Assembly: GCA_963924565.1 (NCBI GenBank)
Contig: OZ004612.1
Location: forward strand, 13,516,001 to 13,580,000
DNA from: Ascidiella aspersa
Taxonomy: Eukaryota
Direction: 5' to 3'
DNA: 64,000 nucleotides
Positions 12,551 to 27,600 of this stretch are shown in pieces. Positions within the stretch are counted from its first letter, which is position 1; each line of letters opens with the position of its first letter. The position numbers and the translations under genes were made by a program. Under the pieces are notes generated by a model. It was not told the DNA's origin, made no database searches, and saw only the letters and a list, made by a program, of their open reading frames with translations.

Positions 12551-15500
12551 CAATTTATAGTTTCTATGATTGTTATCATTGTTCTCTTAGACACCAAATT
12601 CAACGAGCTTCTCGAAATTCAAGTATAGGGTATCGCCAAAACCGGTGGTCTTAATGCTACTTGTTAGTTTGCAAAACATGTCGGTTTTTCAACTTTAAAA
12701 AAAAATTACGTGGCGGCTCATTTGTATTTACTTGTAGGCTGGGGTCGATTCCCTACAAATAAAAAATAACTTGAAAAACGTTTATGGGGTTGACATACTT
12801 AACTTCATTCCATTTACCTATTTGGGTTGTTATTGGAACTACACTACTTTTATTTATAGACCCCTAAACTGTTCCACGGACTCCTGACGCCACTTTCCAA
12901 ACCCAGGGTCATATTACTGTTTTAGTAAAAGTGATTCTTTATTTTTGTTTCTGTTTCCTTACCGTTTTAGGGATTATTCAAGTGCACGTGTTCAGTGCGA
13001 CGGAAATGTATTTTATTTATATCGTGTCAAACTGTTAAAAAAACGTTTTTTTGATTTCGCAAATCTCATATAGTCTATATTGTATGTGAACGCAAACGAT
13101 GCAAAAAATAACAGGGTATACCCCCAGGTGCCGACAATTTTTCACGACAATTCATATCACTTTGACTATTTCGGCGGACGAAAGTCGGCGGGAAGAATAT
13201 ACAGCCGAGATATAATAGGGTTTGTTTCCCGCCATTTGATCAGTATACAACAAATCAAAAATATATAGAACTAACGGATATTTCAATAATATACCCTGCG
13301 GTGAAAACGTGCTGCGTGGTTGGTCTTACCTTTGCAAATACGTCCTGCCGATCGAAACCCTGGCGCGGTTAATTGCAGATTCCAGTTCAGTAGTTCGTTT
13401 TTCAATCATGACTTAACAAAATTTATGTCGTAAAAAAATAATCGTTTTACTGCATCAATGAATTGTGTTGCGCCAGCTGCGTTTTTAAACTCGTGGTCAA
13501 ACATCAAAAAGCGTGTAGTAACAAGTTTTCTATGTTCACGCGGCTTCTTAAAAAATAAATTACATATTTCCAGTATAAGTTTGCTAATATTAGTTTCAGG
13601 GGTGAAGTAGAGTGATAACCTTACCGAAAAAATGAAAATTGCTTGTACCGGAACGCTTTAAATTTTTCTGAGATGACATTACAAAGTTACGTCATTTAGG
13701 GACGCTCAAAGCAAGTAACCTGAAAAAAAAAAAAAAAAAAAAAAACTCTATGTAGTGGCAAAATATGCAACTGGAATCTTAGTTTAAATACAATAAAGTA
13801 GGTTGCGGGATGATTTGGTGAAAAAGGAACATCGCCAAGTACTATACCAGTACCGCATACCTGCAAAAATATTATACCGGAACGCGAACAAAGTTTTTGT
13901 CGAAACTGGACTGGTTTAATTGAAGTAATCAATGGTAGCCGTAAGAGACAAACTAGCAAAAAAGGTTGGGACGTGTAACATGCACGTGGATTGTCCAAAG
14001 AGCTAACAGCATTTACTTTACAACCAATTATAGGTTACGTATTTGATTTTTACAACAATTTTTATGGGATTTGTTGAACGCGCTTTCTAGGAATAACACT
14101 AACAGTCCTTCTGTGATAAAAAACGGTTTCTTCGAATTATTAAAGAAACGTTTAACGTTTTTGAATGAACCCCATGCAACAAAATTAGCAGTAAAATCAC
14201 CGTCTCAACTGCCACAATCTAGCAAACATCGCAACCCAGCCATTTTAACAGTTTGAATGGAATTGCACGAAAAATTAAACAACCCTCAATCGATGCCGCT
14301 CACATGTGCCCTTTAGTCACGATATCGGGCGTTGTGTAACATGTGCGAATCATATAGACAGGGCTCGAAACTTTCGTTCAATGTGCTATGCAACAAGTGT
14401 ACGGGACTACGGGTTACGGTCGCCTTGGTATTTTTTATTAGAGTTTAAGCAGACTGATTTAAATGTCTTCGAAGAGGCTGTCCTGTAAAATGTTCTCACA
14501 TTTGTATGACTGTAAGTTAATTTTTGAGAACAAAAGACTAAGAATGTCAATTCTTAAGCTATGCCGCCCAGGGCATGTAGGCCCTACAATATTCAATAAT
14601 ACAGCGACAAAGTCAACTGAACATTTCTATCCCCGGCCAGAGCACTGGACGTACAGACAACATCGTGATGTATGAGATACTTCCGTCGCTAAATGTTAAT
14701 GCTGCTTTCAAATACTGACCAAATTAGTTCAGTTTTAATGGTGTCGATTCGGAAAAAACCCTTTCCGTTGTCAACGCGTGCAATTTTCTATTGAGTCAAT
14801 ATGCACTCATGGTGAGCCAGCATGAGAACACAATATGATAGGGATTGACATAAGAGTTTAACCGTTTGGCATTTGCAACTCACCGAAATAGCTCTATTCC
14901 AAACGTTTGCGATAAAGCAATTGACGTCAACTGGTTCGCTTCATTTGGACCACTCGCATTTTTAACGATCTTCCGACAAGCGACATCAAATTTTGCGACT
15001 GAAATCTTATTGCTATTTTCCATAATGGGTCGATGGATATTGCGTTATACAGAAATGGCCTGCTCTTATATGCTTGGCACACTTCGTTTGATTTGCTTAC
15101 GACACTGATACGAATTTTTCTGAATGTCACGGGAAGGTGGCAATTTAATTTTTGTTGCATTCGACGTCAGATTGCATTTTTAGGTAACATCGTGTCAGCT
15201 GCAATATCTTAATACCGTCTATCTATGACGTAGACTATACGGGTAGATGTAAAGTTGAAAAGCAAAACCTACCATAGCATTGTATAGCGCCCACATGTTA
15301 TATCGAAACATAGTTTTGCAGTTTAAAAACTCGTTTGCCCATTCGTTCTGTTGTGACCAAGTCAATTTAAAACGACTTTAGTCCTCGTCAAGTCATTTGA
15401 CTTCCAAAAACACTTATAGAGTTATTTAACGTTTTCCATTCTGAATAACATTTTCAGAAAATACTAGAACCGAAAGAAATAGCAAGTAAATAATGGATTT

Positions 15501-18500
15501 AAAAAGCCAAATTTTAGTAAAATATGTTTCTTTAAAGCAGGGATGTTCAACCTGATATGCCTAAGCCACTTAACTCCAAGTAAAACCATTTGTTAAAATA
15601 ACTTTAGTCAAGTGAAGTCATCAAAAAACCTGAACTTAAGTTAAGTGATAAACTCATAGGGTTATTAACTTAAATTACAACAACTATGCCTTTGCGTATG
15701 ACTTTGTGCATTGTCAATGTTGTTTAATCGTTGTTTTAAAATATCCTCATTGCGCTTTAAAGTTATAATTCTGCCACATCAGCCTAAAAACATTAACAAA
15801 GCAACATCTAATTGCTGTAAGAACAGTCTTATGACTCTAAATTTAATCACCTGTGCTTTTCTTTATAAATTACAACCCCTTTAGTTTGGTTAAAAAAAAG
15901 TCTTTATTGGTTTGACAAAATAGTTAACAGTAGCCTATTGTTATTTTTATTTATGATAAAAAGTGAAACGTTTTTTTTTTTATCATTCTCGAATACAAAT
16001 GATTCCACTTTTTTAATAGACGATGTCTCAAAAATATAACCGCTGTATACTTCTTTTGTCGGCATTGTTTTCATGAATTGCCTTTTAGGGTCGGCTTGTA
16101 AGCATTTATCTCAGTGATATACCGACAGGAAAGTGAAATAGAATCTTCCGTTTTTTTTAGTTTAATGGAAAGCATTGTTAAACCTGTTTTTTTCACCTTT
16201 TTTTAATAATCGTCTACATCTAGTTTGCACAACGAAAATCTCCTGATGTCCAAAAGTAATCTATTTAAAGGTATAACTTTTTCTGAGTTATTCTGTTTAA
16301 TACATTACACGTATACGCGTGTGTGTTCTTAGTGTGATGGTTTTTATTATTATTGAGTTAATGGAATTCAAAATAAATGATTAGGCGCATACAATAAACA
16401 CATTTGATCACCCACCATAAGGCCCGACCCACAATTTGAAAATAACCCTACCCTAAAACCATTAACCTTCTATATTGGCAAATTTCAGAATAATAACATA
16501 GAATAAAGAATGGGGAAAAAGAATAAAAAATGCAATAATTATGGAAAAATCCAAGTAATTGGATATAGCACAAAACAAATTGTTGGAGCATTTCATGGTC
16601 GAATTTTTTTCACATAAAACTTCAGTGTGATTGACAAGGCTTGTTGGCCTTCAACCGCATGAAGCATACACAACAGAAACACACTGCCTAGTGCTTTGCA
16701 TGCAAGGGTCCTCGGTGGCTGGCAGTTGTACTTTCAAGCGGCAGGCTAGACAGAATGCGTTTCGTTGCTGTCTGCGCTTTGCAATCTTCAACCGCAGTAA
16801 CTGCAAGAGACGGCATTCCCAAACAAGACAAGGCGACCGGCTTCCGTTTTGTCTTGCCGAGGCGTCACGAACCAACACTTAAAGTCAACAAATTACCAGA
16901 AACAATATCCGGGGAAACGAGCGAGCGCCCGAGTATATGGGACACGTTTTGAAATTTGCAAATTGCAAAAGCGCCTATACTGCGAGCTTATTACTACAGT
17001 ATTCTACCATTGTCAGTCTGGCAGCAAAAAAGCGCCGATAAGGGCGCAGATGATAATGCTGTATCTAATATTTTTACAGGAAATGTATGTAAATTTGATT
17101 TGATTATCGACTTGTCGTGGGAAATCTTCTAACAACGCGCGCACTGTGTATTTTGTTACGTAATGCCGCTACTGTGCAGCCTACGTGGAATACATTTTCC
17201 AGTGAATTCCAGTGATAAGATTTTCATTTGTTTACGGCTTATTTCAGGGAATTGGTAATACGAAGAATTTAGGAACACCAGGGGCAAAGAAAACAACGAT
17301 TTTTCGATGGGTTTTGAGCTTGCCACTTTTTGATTTGAACAGAGAAACAAAAGGGTTTGAAAAAGAGCCAACAACATAGTTGTCCTTGTTAAATACCTAG
17401 ATTTAACTACCGCCATACAAAAAAAATGAATAACCGAAAGCATCACCATTGTTTTAACTTCCGGTTTTAAAAGTTAGAAATATTGGCAATTCAAAAAAAC
17501 GGTCCTTTTTCATCAAAATAATATCGCAATCTTTTCTTAAATGTTTTTTCTTAAAAATGTTGTCACTCACGGTATTGATATATATATATACATATGTATT
17601 GATTTCCCTTGCATCCATAGAAAATTAATTTTGTAAGGCTAAAACTTTATTTCAACTTAGACCTGCAGATACAAAACGCTGCCCGATTTAGTCTATAGGA
17701 ATTAAAGAGCATATAGTGTTCAAATGTAAGGAAACATTTATGTTCATTGTAAAAACATTGATTCACGTTTTCTGTGAGTGATATTAACTTTTCTACTTGA
17801 GAGAAAAAATGTATCAGCCATCGCAAAAACAAACCAATATCAATTTAAAAAATATACGCAAGTCTGTTGCAAACTCGGGTTTAGAACACACATCCAAAAC
17901 TTGGCCGCGATTTGATATTCCCAACCTTATGTTAAGACAGTTTCGGCATCGCTTACATGGTTTAAATTGCCCGTACTTTGAGGTGTATCAATTAACTATC
18001 AGCGAGCAACTTGATTTGGGCGTTTCACAACTGCACAATGTAATACACATCTATGACGTAAGGCTTCGAACATGACGCAACTTTTGACGTCACATGCCAC
18101 AAATGAGCAAAAGAATACCCGGGTAGGAAGTTGCTCGAATTCGAGCGGAAAATAACCGTCGGGAAATATCGCAGCGAACCTTGCCATGCTATGTTAGCCA
18201 TCCGCGTAGATGAGTTAATCGATTTCGCAACAAAGACGTACTCCCACGCAGGAGTTTTGGTACAAACGAATAGCTAATAAAATTTAGGTTTCGGTTTCGT
18301 CCAATTAACGTACACTACGAAGACCGCTCGGAGTGCATGACGCGATCGATCACGTGATGTCACCAGGCCTTCCGCGCAAGTGTTTATTATTAATTTACAC
18401 AGCAATACCGCAATGACGAAGCCTTTATGTTTGCTGGTCACTGCGGCTTCTAACGGGAACAGCTTTAAAAGCACACAATGTAGAGTCATCGCCGAATAGA

Positions 18501-19638
18501 GGCGATCCCAAAAAGACACGAAACTCTGGGAATCCGTCACGGGTCGGGGGAAAGTCAAGGATGTGGCATAGACGCGATTCAATATATTTTTGTGTCAGGA
18601 TATCAATTGACTTAAAATAGCCCATTATTCAATAGAGGGATTTTTTAGATACATCTACAGCGTGTCGGGCGATAAAATTTGGTTTTAAGAGAGTTTGAGT
18701 TAGGCATATATATATACAAATGTTGAATAAGGTCACCGATCTCAGTAATTGGCTTTAAACTTTGCAGTAAATTATTATAAGGCAATATGCTGTGGTTTTG
18801 ATAACGAGGATGCCGCCCCAAAGTCAATATTTGTTTAACATTTGTTGCTAAACAATCACAAGAAAAAAAGTAAACTTTCAACAGACACTAACATTGAAAC
18901 GATCTTTGTTAATAGCCGTGTTCGATAAACACTACTGTGCAAAAGTTTGCTAAGATTTCAACACAAGTTGTCGTTAAACAGTGCCACCTGAATTCTACTT
19001 TGAAACGACGTCTTATTACTGTTTGAGACAGTTCTGAAGCGCGATGTTCAAACCAAAATTGCTTCTGCGTTTATTTATAAACCAGCAGATTGGGTCCGAT
19101 TTCGAGAATAATGTCATTGACGATTCGCGGAAAACGAGGAGGATTCGCAGCTTTGCAATTTAACACACGAATTAGCGCCGGGTGAGTCACGCAGAGCAAC
19201 TCAAGCCGATGTAGCAGCGAAAAGGCGAAAACCTTTTCTCATAATGTCACGGTCATTGTTATTGTAGTACTGTCTATAAATTTAATATATATATACATAT
19301 TTTTTTGTAAGCTTTCGGGAGCCAATACAAGACTGGGGTAAGGCTATGGTGTCTCTTCACGTTCTGAAATGGGAAAACCTAAACGGACCGCATTTTTTGT
19401 AGAAGTTACGTTACATAAATCGAAAAATATTTCGCTTGTTTGAAATCCCTTAACGGTAAAGCAAAGAATTTCGCTGTCAAACTATTTCGAGGAAATTTGT
19501 GCGAACTTCAGCCACACGCGATAACTCCTTTCGCGGTATTTTTCACTCGCATGATTCTCGCGATATACTATTAGGGCAAATTGCAGTGATGTAACCGACG
19601 AACAACTCAGCCCGAATGCGGCGCTCTATACATTACAT

Positions 19639-19953
19639 GAGGGGTGTCAAACATGAGGTACGCGACCTAATATAAAATGGCACGCAAGCCCCCAAAATAA
19701 CAGCCGATTGTCAAAAAAGCTAAATTTGTTCAGGCAATTGTCATTGTTTATTCACAATACAAAACAATCCCAACAATTACTTCTGAAATTATATAACACT
19801 ATATATATAACACTACATAACACTATACTGTTTTATGTTTTGTATAAAAGCGGTTTTAATATTAGAAAAAAAATAGTTGCTAAACTTTGGCACGGAATGA
19901 AGTTATAAGATAAAAAAAATGGCACGTCGGCATGTTTGAGTTGGACACCCCTG
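19639..19953. mobile_element. hAT-type MITE, 315 bp
   Basis: Termini GAGGGGTGTCAAAC ... GTTGGACACCCCTG with a perfect 8-bp TSD CATTACAT (19631-19638 and 19954-19961). Confidence 0.9.
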
Positions 19954-21636
19954 CATTACATGCACAATGAAATCACGCCGCTCTGCATTTTCGCTTTTGT
20001 CGCGAAGATTCGATCTCGCGTAAAGGTTAATCGCGCGGCGTGGCGTTGCCTAAACCACGCGGGCCGATGTGCCCCACCAAGCAAATGGCAAAGGTCATTC
20101 GACTTGTGTCATACCTTAATGAAAAAAAAAATTGTTTCCGGCGACCGGACTATCCTTTGGCGAGCTGCGGTTTTAAGGGCGCCGTGCCTTAAACACTATA
20201 TTCGGGCCCGGTCGCGTTTGAGAGGACGAAATAACGCTAAAAGTCGTGATACTTCAGCGTCTATTTCCTTTAGGGCTATAAAAAAGTATTTTGCAACGCC
20301 GGGTGATGCGAGTTTGTGCTAAGTCAAATCAGGGCAAACTATCGTAATGGGCAATCGCAAAATCCTGCGCTGTGTTTTGGGTTTGGCCAAGAATGACGTT
20401 TCTCGAATGAAAACGTTCAATTACTTGTGTAATATGCATATAGTAACTCTAGAACACAGACAAGTGCGATCGCTTGCTATTTTAAACAGAAAGTTTGAAA
20501 CGATAGTGTCAGACAATATTATAATATACTAAACCTGTATTCATAGCTTTACCCACGTTTAAAGCTGTTATGTTAACACTTGGCGAGAGATCGATAAGAA
20601 ATCGGCTTCTATTTTAAGAAACTATATATTATTGAATGTTGTTGGTTGATACAAGCAGTTCGTACAAACGTCGACGCAAATCAGATGTAAGTTGATATTT
20701 TGGTTTCTGCTGGGCGACAGCTATTTTAGGTTTATATATCCGTCTTTTAAATATTTTTCTGCTAATTTAACACAAGCATCATGCCAAATAATAAAGTACA
20801 CACCAAAAAGTTAGGGAGAAACGAAAAAACTAATGACAGACACTCATGCAGTGAACTTGTCGTACGCATTTTTACGCAATGATCCGAGTAGCGTAAAATC
20901 CACTGGCTTAAGCACAATTACAGTGTATTTCTTTACAGCGTCGCATCGCCTACATATTAAGGGAAGCGAATTGGATCTGAAAATACAAGCATGTGATTCC
21001 TTGCGGTTTTACGTTTTTACGCAAAGTTATTGGAAAGAATTGATGAAAAACAGGCCCAAAAGGGAGGGTAAAGTGCCCGAACCTAAACGTTACTGTCGTC
21101 CGCGTTTCTCATCGATGATGGATCATGATGTAACGTCTACATCATTGGCGATTGACACGACCATTTCGCGTCGCGTTGGCTCGATGGGCGCGGTCAAAGT
21201 GGTCAGCGCTGTTTGTTTTGATTTGTGCTTTCGGACACCTTGTTTGGTGTTGGCTCACCGATTTTTTTCATGTTTCTCGCGGACGCTACGACAAATGTTT
21301 GAAGGCGGCGAGCAAATGCGGTTAAGGCGTTGCGCAATTGCCATTTCGACTTCCGCGATAAAATTTATCTGAAAAAAAGATCAAATCGAAATCGACACTG
21401 GGGCCTTTGTGCGACGATGGGAGAGTCGCGGGTCCTTACAACGACGAGGTTTAAAAATAAAAAAACATTGCTGTGCCCAACATCATAGACTCAAAAGAGG
21501 GTGACACATAGAAGCACTTGAACAAGCTGATTCCATCAAATAGGCCACCAAAGTTTACCGCAAATAAAGGATCAAAAACTAACGCCCATCAGTTAATAAC
21601 TGTCCGATTTGTTAGGTTACGTTTGATCAATGCGAT

Positions 21637-21692
21637 AGATAGTCAGCAATCTTTTTTCGGCCCGTTTTAGATAGTCAGCAATCTTTTTTCGG
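21637..21692. repeat. Short tandem duplication, 32-bp period
   Basis: AGATAGTCAGCAATCTTTTTTCGG occurs twice. Confidence 0.8.
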
Positions 21693-24600
21693 TCATGTTC
21701 AGTTTGGTCACGAAACACTTTTAAGGTGGCACAAGGAAAATTTTCAAAACGGGAAAACAGCACACCCATGACATTCTTAGTACTGAGTGTGCGAAACGCA
21801 ATGACATCAACGATATAGGCCCACACTTTTATAGGTGTTTTTCTTTATTGATTTAACGACAATCAGGTGGCAGTCTTATGACTGAAAAAAAACTTTTGTC
21901 GTGACAACAATTACAACGAGTAACAAACGGTTTTAAGGAACAACACGTAATAACTCAATATTGGCCATTGGAAAGGGTTTACATCAAAATCTACAAGAAG
22001 CTAACAAAAAGTCATGTACAACGTTAAATAAAATGAGGGATTCAGAGAAAATTAAATCAGGATGTCCGAACAGAATGTAATTCAACAAAGTAGCATGAGA
22101 CAAAGAACACAACGTAATAGATGACATTACACGATTATCGATAATATGGTGTTAGGGGAAAAAGCAATTGCACAGACTCCAATATCCTGTAAAAAATAAC
22201 TGCATTGCACCAAGCGTTTACTATCGCCCAACCCAGCTTAATTTGTCCTAAAAAGTTTTGTTAAACGAGTTGATTAGTGTTTCTGTCGCACAACGGAGCA
22301 AGAGAAAAAATCAGCAATCAACCTTCCGGCGACATTTCACGGTGTTTGGTTTGAATATAGCGTTACGCAGACTACGTTTTCTTTTTGCGCATTGATGATC
22401 TTTGGAATCTTGGAATTTGTCCATCCGGTTAAGGGCGACGTTAACGCACGTCCACCGGAAAACGCGTGCGTAAAGGTCCGTTGGCCAGTCCGTGAAATTT
22501 CATAGCGAACATCGCAGGTCACATGCGTTATGTGCTGGTACACAGCATCTTCACAGTTGTATTGCGTATTGAAATAGGCAGACACACAAAGAGCCGCAAA
22601 ATTCAATGTTGCCAAACGTATATTGCAGTCAAACACTTCCTTCTTCAAAAATAACATTAAATGGAGAAGCAATTAATGTCGTTTTGCCTTCACGTCGAAT
22701 ATTAAATGGATAAAACCTGGAATTATAAAATATTTTTTTTTACAGTTTTGCTTTCCGCATGGATTCAAACCACAAAATGTCTCGTGATAAATTAAATGTG
22801 ATATCTTGGGCAAATTTTATAAAAAAACAAACACATTAAATATGTGTCTGTGAAATTTGGACGTTCCACAAGCAACAATCGATTGTTAACGTTTCCAAGA
22901 CCGTGTATATTGTTTGGTCCGAAAAAAGTAGCAACGGTGCCAAAAAGGTTGAAAAGTCGGAGGGTTTCGAAACAGAATAAAAAAGTGAGGTGGGATAACT
23001 GGTCTTCGTCTTTTAATTTCCGTAGTTTGCCAAGCTACCATACTATGTTCGCAGTTTGCAATGCTTGGACGCCGAACCATTCAAACATTGCGGACGGGTC
23101 ATGGTACAGAAAGTCCGTCAACCAGAAAAGCGAGTGACAGGATGCTTAGCTAATTTGCGCCCAACGTCAATTATGTCGTTCGCGTTGAGCATCAACGCAG
23201 GTTTTTCAGGATATGCATCAGTCCAGTGCTTTCGCTCTCAGTTGCGCAATAAGCAGCGGAAGTATAGTGTGGAAGCCAGCGCTTTGGGGAATTTTTTTGC
23301 AATGGTTGGCAGTTGCTGCATGCCTTGGCTTATGTCAGTCGGGAACAAATTGGAATTGCGTGCTGCCGCTAATGGCCGTTGAGCGTGACTTGGTTTGTTT
23401 TTTGTGATTGCCCAACTGGTAGATGCGCTATAAATAAACCCGGACATGGGTAAATAATGAAAACGCGAGTTAGTTATTTTAGAAACTATTAACACTGCGC
23501 TGTAAACGTTTCACCGCCTACTACCACAAATGTATGAAATAGTACCGTTGTTTAACAAAGTGTCTAATTGTTTTTTGTGGCTAAATAAACGTTGTTGGTC
23601 ATATATGACACTTCGCTGATTTTCCTGCCATCATGAAGTTGACTAGGGGCTCTAAGAAAATTTATAAAATAAGACGAATTAAAACTATACACATAAGATT
23701 TAAGAATATGATTTTTTCGCGAAGCAGATTTAATTTTATGAAGGACCTTTTTTATAGTTTCGTTTGATATTGTTCGAATTTTTATCCAAATTTTCCACAA
23801 TAGGTATTCGGTGGAACAACACAGGTGTTGAAAAACACTGCGCACTGAAAGTTAATTTGTTTTGACGGTTTTACCGTGGGATGCACTCGATGAACGATTG
23901 GAGAACAAGCACCCTAGCAAACGAGAAAGAGCAAGTTCGCGTTTCGCACTGATTGCGGCAATTAGGACTGCAATTTGCCCTAATTATGTGCAAAAGTTAT
24001 TAGGATAAACCAATCAAGAATCCCAATAAAAGCGGGAGCTAAACTCCCAAAATACACCCGCGCGTAGCGCCGTCACGATTCGGCGAATTTAGCTTTCAGG
24101 CATCGATTGCGACACGCTCCAAAATATATGCACTGGCTCAATAACGGCCTTTCTCTTACAAGCGCTGATGCTTGCATGCTATAGCAAGAGAAATGTATCT
24201 CATTCGCCAATCGCATACATTTTCATTCACGTACAAAACACAAACCAGCGCTGCACGTGCACAAAAGTGGGCGTTTCTCTCGTGCAAGGCCACGCCCAGA
24301 TGGTCGCAGAAGCAGCAACGGCAGAGAGACACTATGCAAGCTTGCGTGTGGAGCGCGCGAGTTTTATTACTGGCTTAACTGCGGTTTTTGCGTTGGCGAG
24401 GGCTAATCGCGAATTCGCGAGACCGCGATGATCGGATTTCGCGGAATATTGCCTCGGGGTCAACTGGACAAATGGCAACGGGACAGAACTTACAACGCAT
24501 TCAGTTTGGGGTTAGCCGGGGGTTAAAAGTTTAATGGTCAGTGTTCGGCCAGTCAACGCGCCTTCTTTTTTTCCTCTGCCCAAAGCACAAGTAAATTGTG

Positions 24601-27600
24601 TAGCACGCAGTGAAATTCACGTCACTATAGAATTGAACTGGGTCTGTAACAATTTTGCATTGTTAAACCAAACATTGGTTCAATAATAAATAATATTGTA
24701 AAGCTATATACAGCAACAAAATTACTTAAAATCTCCCACCCGTCTACAATTTTATAAATGTGTTGTTGACATGGCTGTAGCATTGTAGCAGTTTGTTTGG
24801 GAATCGGCCCAAAAACAACAGCAGATTAAACACATTCAGGTGGTATGTAGGTTAAGGTACGTGCATTTAAAATAACAAGCAAATTGCACAAACAAAAACG
24901 TACCGAAAAAATACCTTCACGGTCATTGGGTTCACATTTGGTTTTTCACACCTACCGGTTATAGACGCCGAAAAATCAGCACACTTTGCAAAAAAACGCG
25001 CCTGCATGATTAAGGTAGTTTTCGCGTTAGTGTTGGACCGTTACTTGTGCTTGCAAAATCAATTTTTCCTGACCACTAACCACGTTTGACGACGTTCTTT
25101 CCTAAACATGACGATTTTCACAAATCTTGCCACTGCAAAAATTGAGCCTTTGGAAATATGACGCCGAATAAGTTTCTAAATAAAACATTCGCATTTAAAG
25201 GTCTTATCACTTCGTTTAAAGTTCAGGCATATGTCATAACTGGCCATTTCTGGAAATGAGATGCGCAATCTGTTAGCATAACCTTATATCAGTGTGTAAA
25301 ATGTTGTGCAAGTAAAAACTGCCTTTCGTTAGATTACGGTTGAATTTACCAGTGGAACTCACACAGGGTTTGAAATAATTTAAGCGTGTGGCTTGGTTCT
25401 TCCACACATCGACTGGGATAGATAATTGCGAAATTTTGCTAGGAAAGTATGACATTTCGAAATCCAATCAATCCAATTGCAACGCAGGGCGATTTGACGT
25501 CAGCCTGATGAAATCGCGATCCAACGATTGCCGGGGGAAGAATTTAATCACACATGGTGACGTCATCTCTGCGGATGGCTGCTTCCGGCGGGCTGGGCAC
25601 GCGAGGCCTGGCGGAGAACAGCGCCCAACTGCCTCAAAGTGCCTCGTCATTTTTAACCTTATACTAATGAACGGGAGATTGCTGCGCTGGGCGATGTGTG
25701 ACAGTACACGAAAATGTGGACTAAAAATACGGACAGTGCCATTCAGGACTGTTCTGCAATAAAGTAAACTGACCCACGTTCATTTGCATACAGTGACGCC
25801 CTGATTAGATAACAGAGCATCTAATATGGTATATTCTCGTTGAGGCTTACAACGGGAAACCTTTCGTTTTTTGACTCATATTTTACGCTCTGCTACGAGA
25901 GGTTCGCGTTTAGGACGTTATTTATAAGGGATTACATCAGTTTGAGTGTTTGTTAGCCACGGTGAGCAATGTATGAGTGTTTGCCGCGACTTTTACATCC
26001 GTCGCGTGGCTTTCGGTTTAGTGCTGGTTTCCAGGATATGTATCATCAAAGTAGTCGAATATATGCTAATCGTATAAAAAGTGAAATTCCCATTTTTTCA
26101 CATTATGCTGTGACACGGTATTTGTCATGGGCCTAAAAACAGAATCTCTATTTATATACGTGTCTTTTTCGACAGAAAAGCGTAGGGCGAGGAGCTTACA
26201 AGCAATTACCGGAAATCGTGGATAAAACGAACAACATGAAGATGTCGTTCCGATGTGACCTACAAACAAACGGGTTAAACCTATGAAAAAACGGGCTATT
26301 TTTAGTTTCGTTTCGCCTTTTATACCCGAAAGGCAGCCTAATGCCGTTCATCTTTCGCGGCTATTTGTCGCCTTTGTAAAATAAAAGCAAGCTACCGAGT
26401 TGCGTACACACAGAGAAATCGGTTGCCGCAACGGTGCACGGACATCTGTCCTGCTCGAAATGGATGACGAATAACTCTATTACACTTCCCGTCGAGTGAA
26501 ACGTGCCCGAATGACGTTCGCGCTATAATGTCGCTTCGATAAGTGGCTGATAGACTTCGCGGAGTCCCAGCAATCGTCGCTAGCCGGAATTGGGGAGCTC
26601 GCGTTGCCATATAACTGACCCCATTGCATCGCAGCGAAGCCCCTGCGCTGCTGTGTGTATTCCTCGCGTGCTAACGGCCCCCGCGGCCGCTGCCCATGCA
26701 GCGTAATATCGACTGCGGCCAAAACGATTACGATTTAATTAAGGTCGAAAATAGTCGGCTTACGTGCGATTCGGGTGGGAATCCAGCCAAATGGCATCGG
26801 CAGTTATTCGATTTTGAAATGGCGTGAAGCGGCCTGGATGCACGACCGTCTTTCTTTGAGATAGAGCATGCCTCTTTTGAAGACATTTGTACACGGTCGA
26901 TTTTAACTTTACTCTGGTTGAGTTTTCTTCATGCAATAAATATAAGATTGCCACTAGCGGTGGTTTGCAAGTGCCGCCATAAATCGGAATAAAGATGTGA
27001 ACATGAAGAAAATGAAACTTCAAACAATAAAATAAGTATAGAAACCTTCATTCGGACGCAATTGCGTGTGGAATATTAGATATTTTATATTATTCGCGTT
27101 GCTAAATTACAATAGCATAAATTAGGCCGAGGCAGCACACTGCCAGCGTGAGAAGATTTGTGAGCGGTTCGTCTAAATATAAAATTCTTCAACATGAATG
27201 ACCTATGTGACACAAGCTGTTTTATGACATTGGATTGGTTTATAGTCAAACGTCAAAACGATATTTGCAAAGCAATTAAAAGAAAATCTTCACAACCAAT
27301 ATCCCTCAAGCTATATGAAGGTTCTGATTCGACTTATTTATAACTTTTGGCGAGTGTGATTTCGTTGCAGCGCCACATAAGGGGAAATTGCAAAGATCAA
27401 TCGACAAATCGCATGTTTATGCAGAAAAGCCGTTAACTGCGACCTTTAAATATAATTGTGTTCCGCATTTCGAACCTTCTTACTGACGTACTATAAGGCC
27501 ACTGGGGGTACGGTATTTGTACTTTGGCCACCCATAATTCACCGTTTTTCGGTGAAAAAAAAGACTTGACGAAGAAGGATTCAATCATTCTTATGGGGTT

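Noticed and set aside
12740-12760. B-box-like GGTCGATTCC suggesting a tRNA or SINE
   Set aside because: No A-box or cloverleaf nearby.
20833-21372. 179-aa + strand ORF
   Set aside because: No motif or codon bias; Arg/Cys/Phe-rich composition typical of chance ORFs in CpG-rich non-coding DNA.
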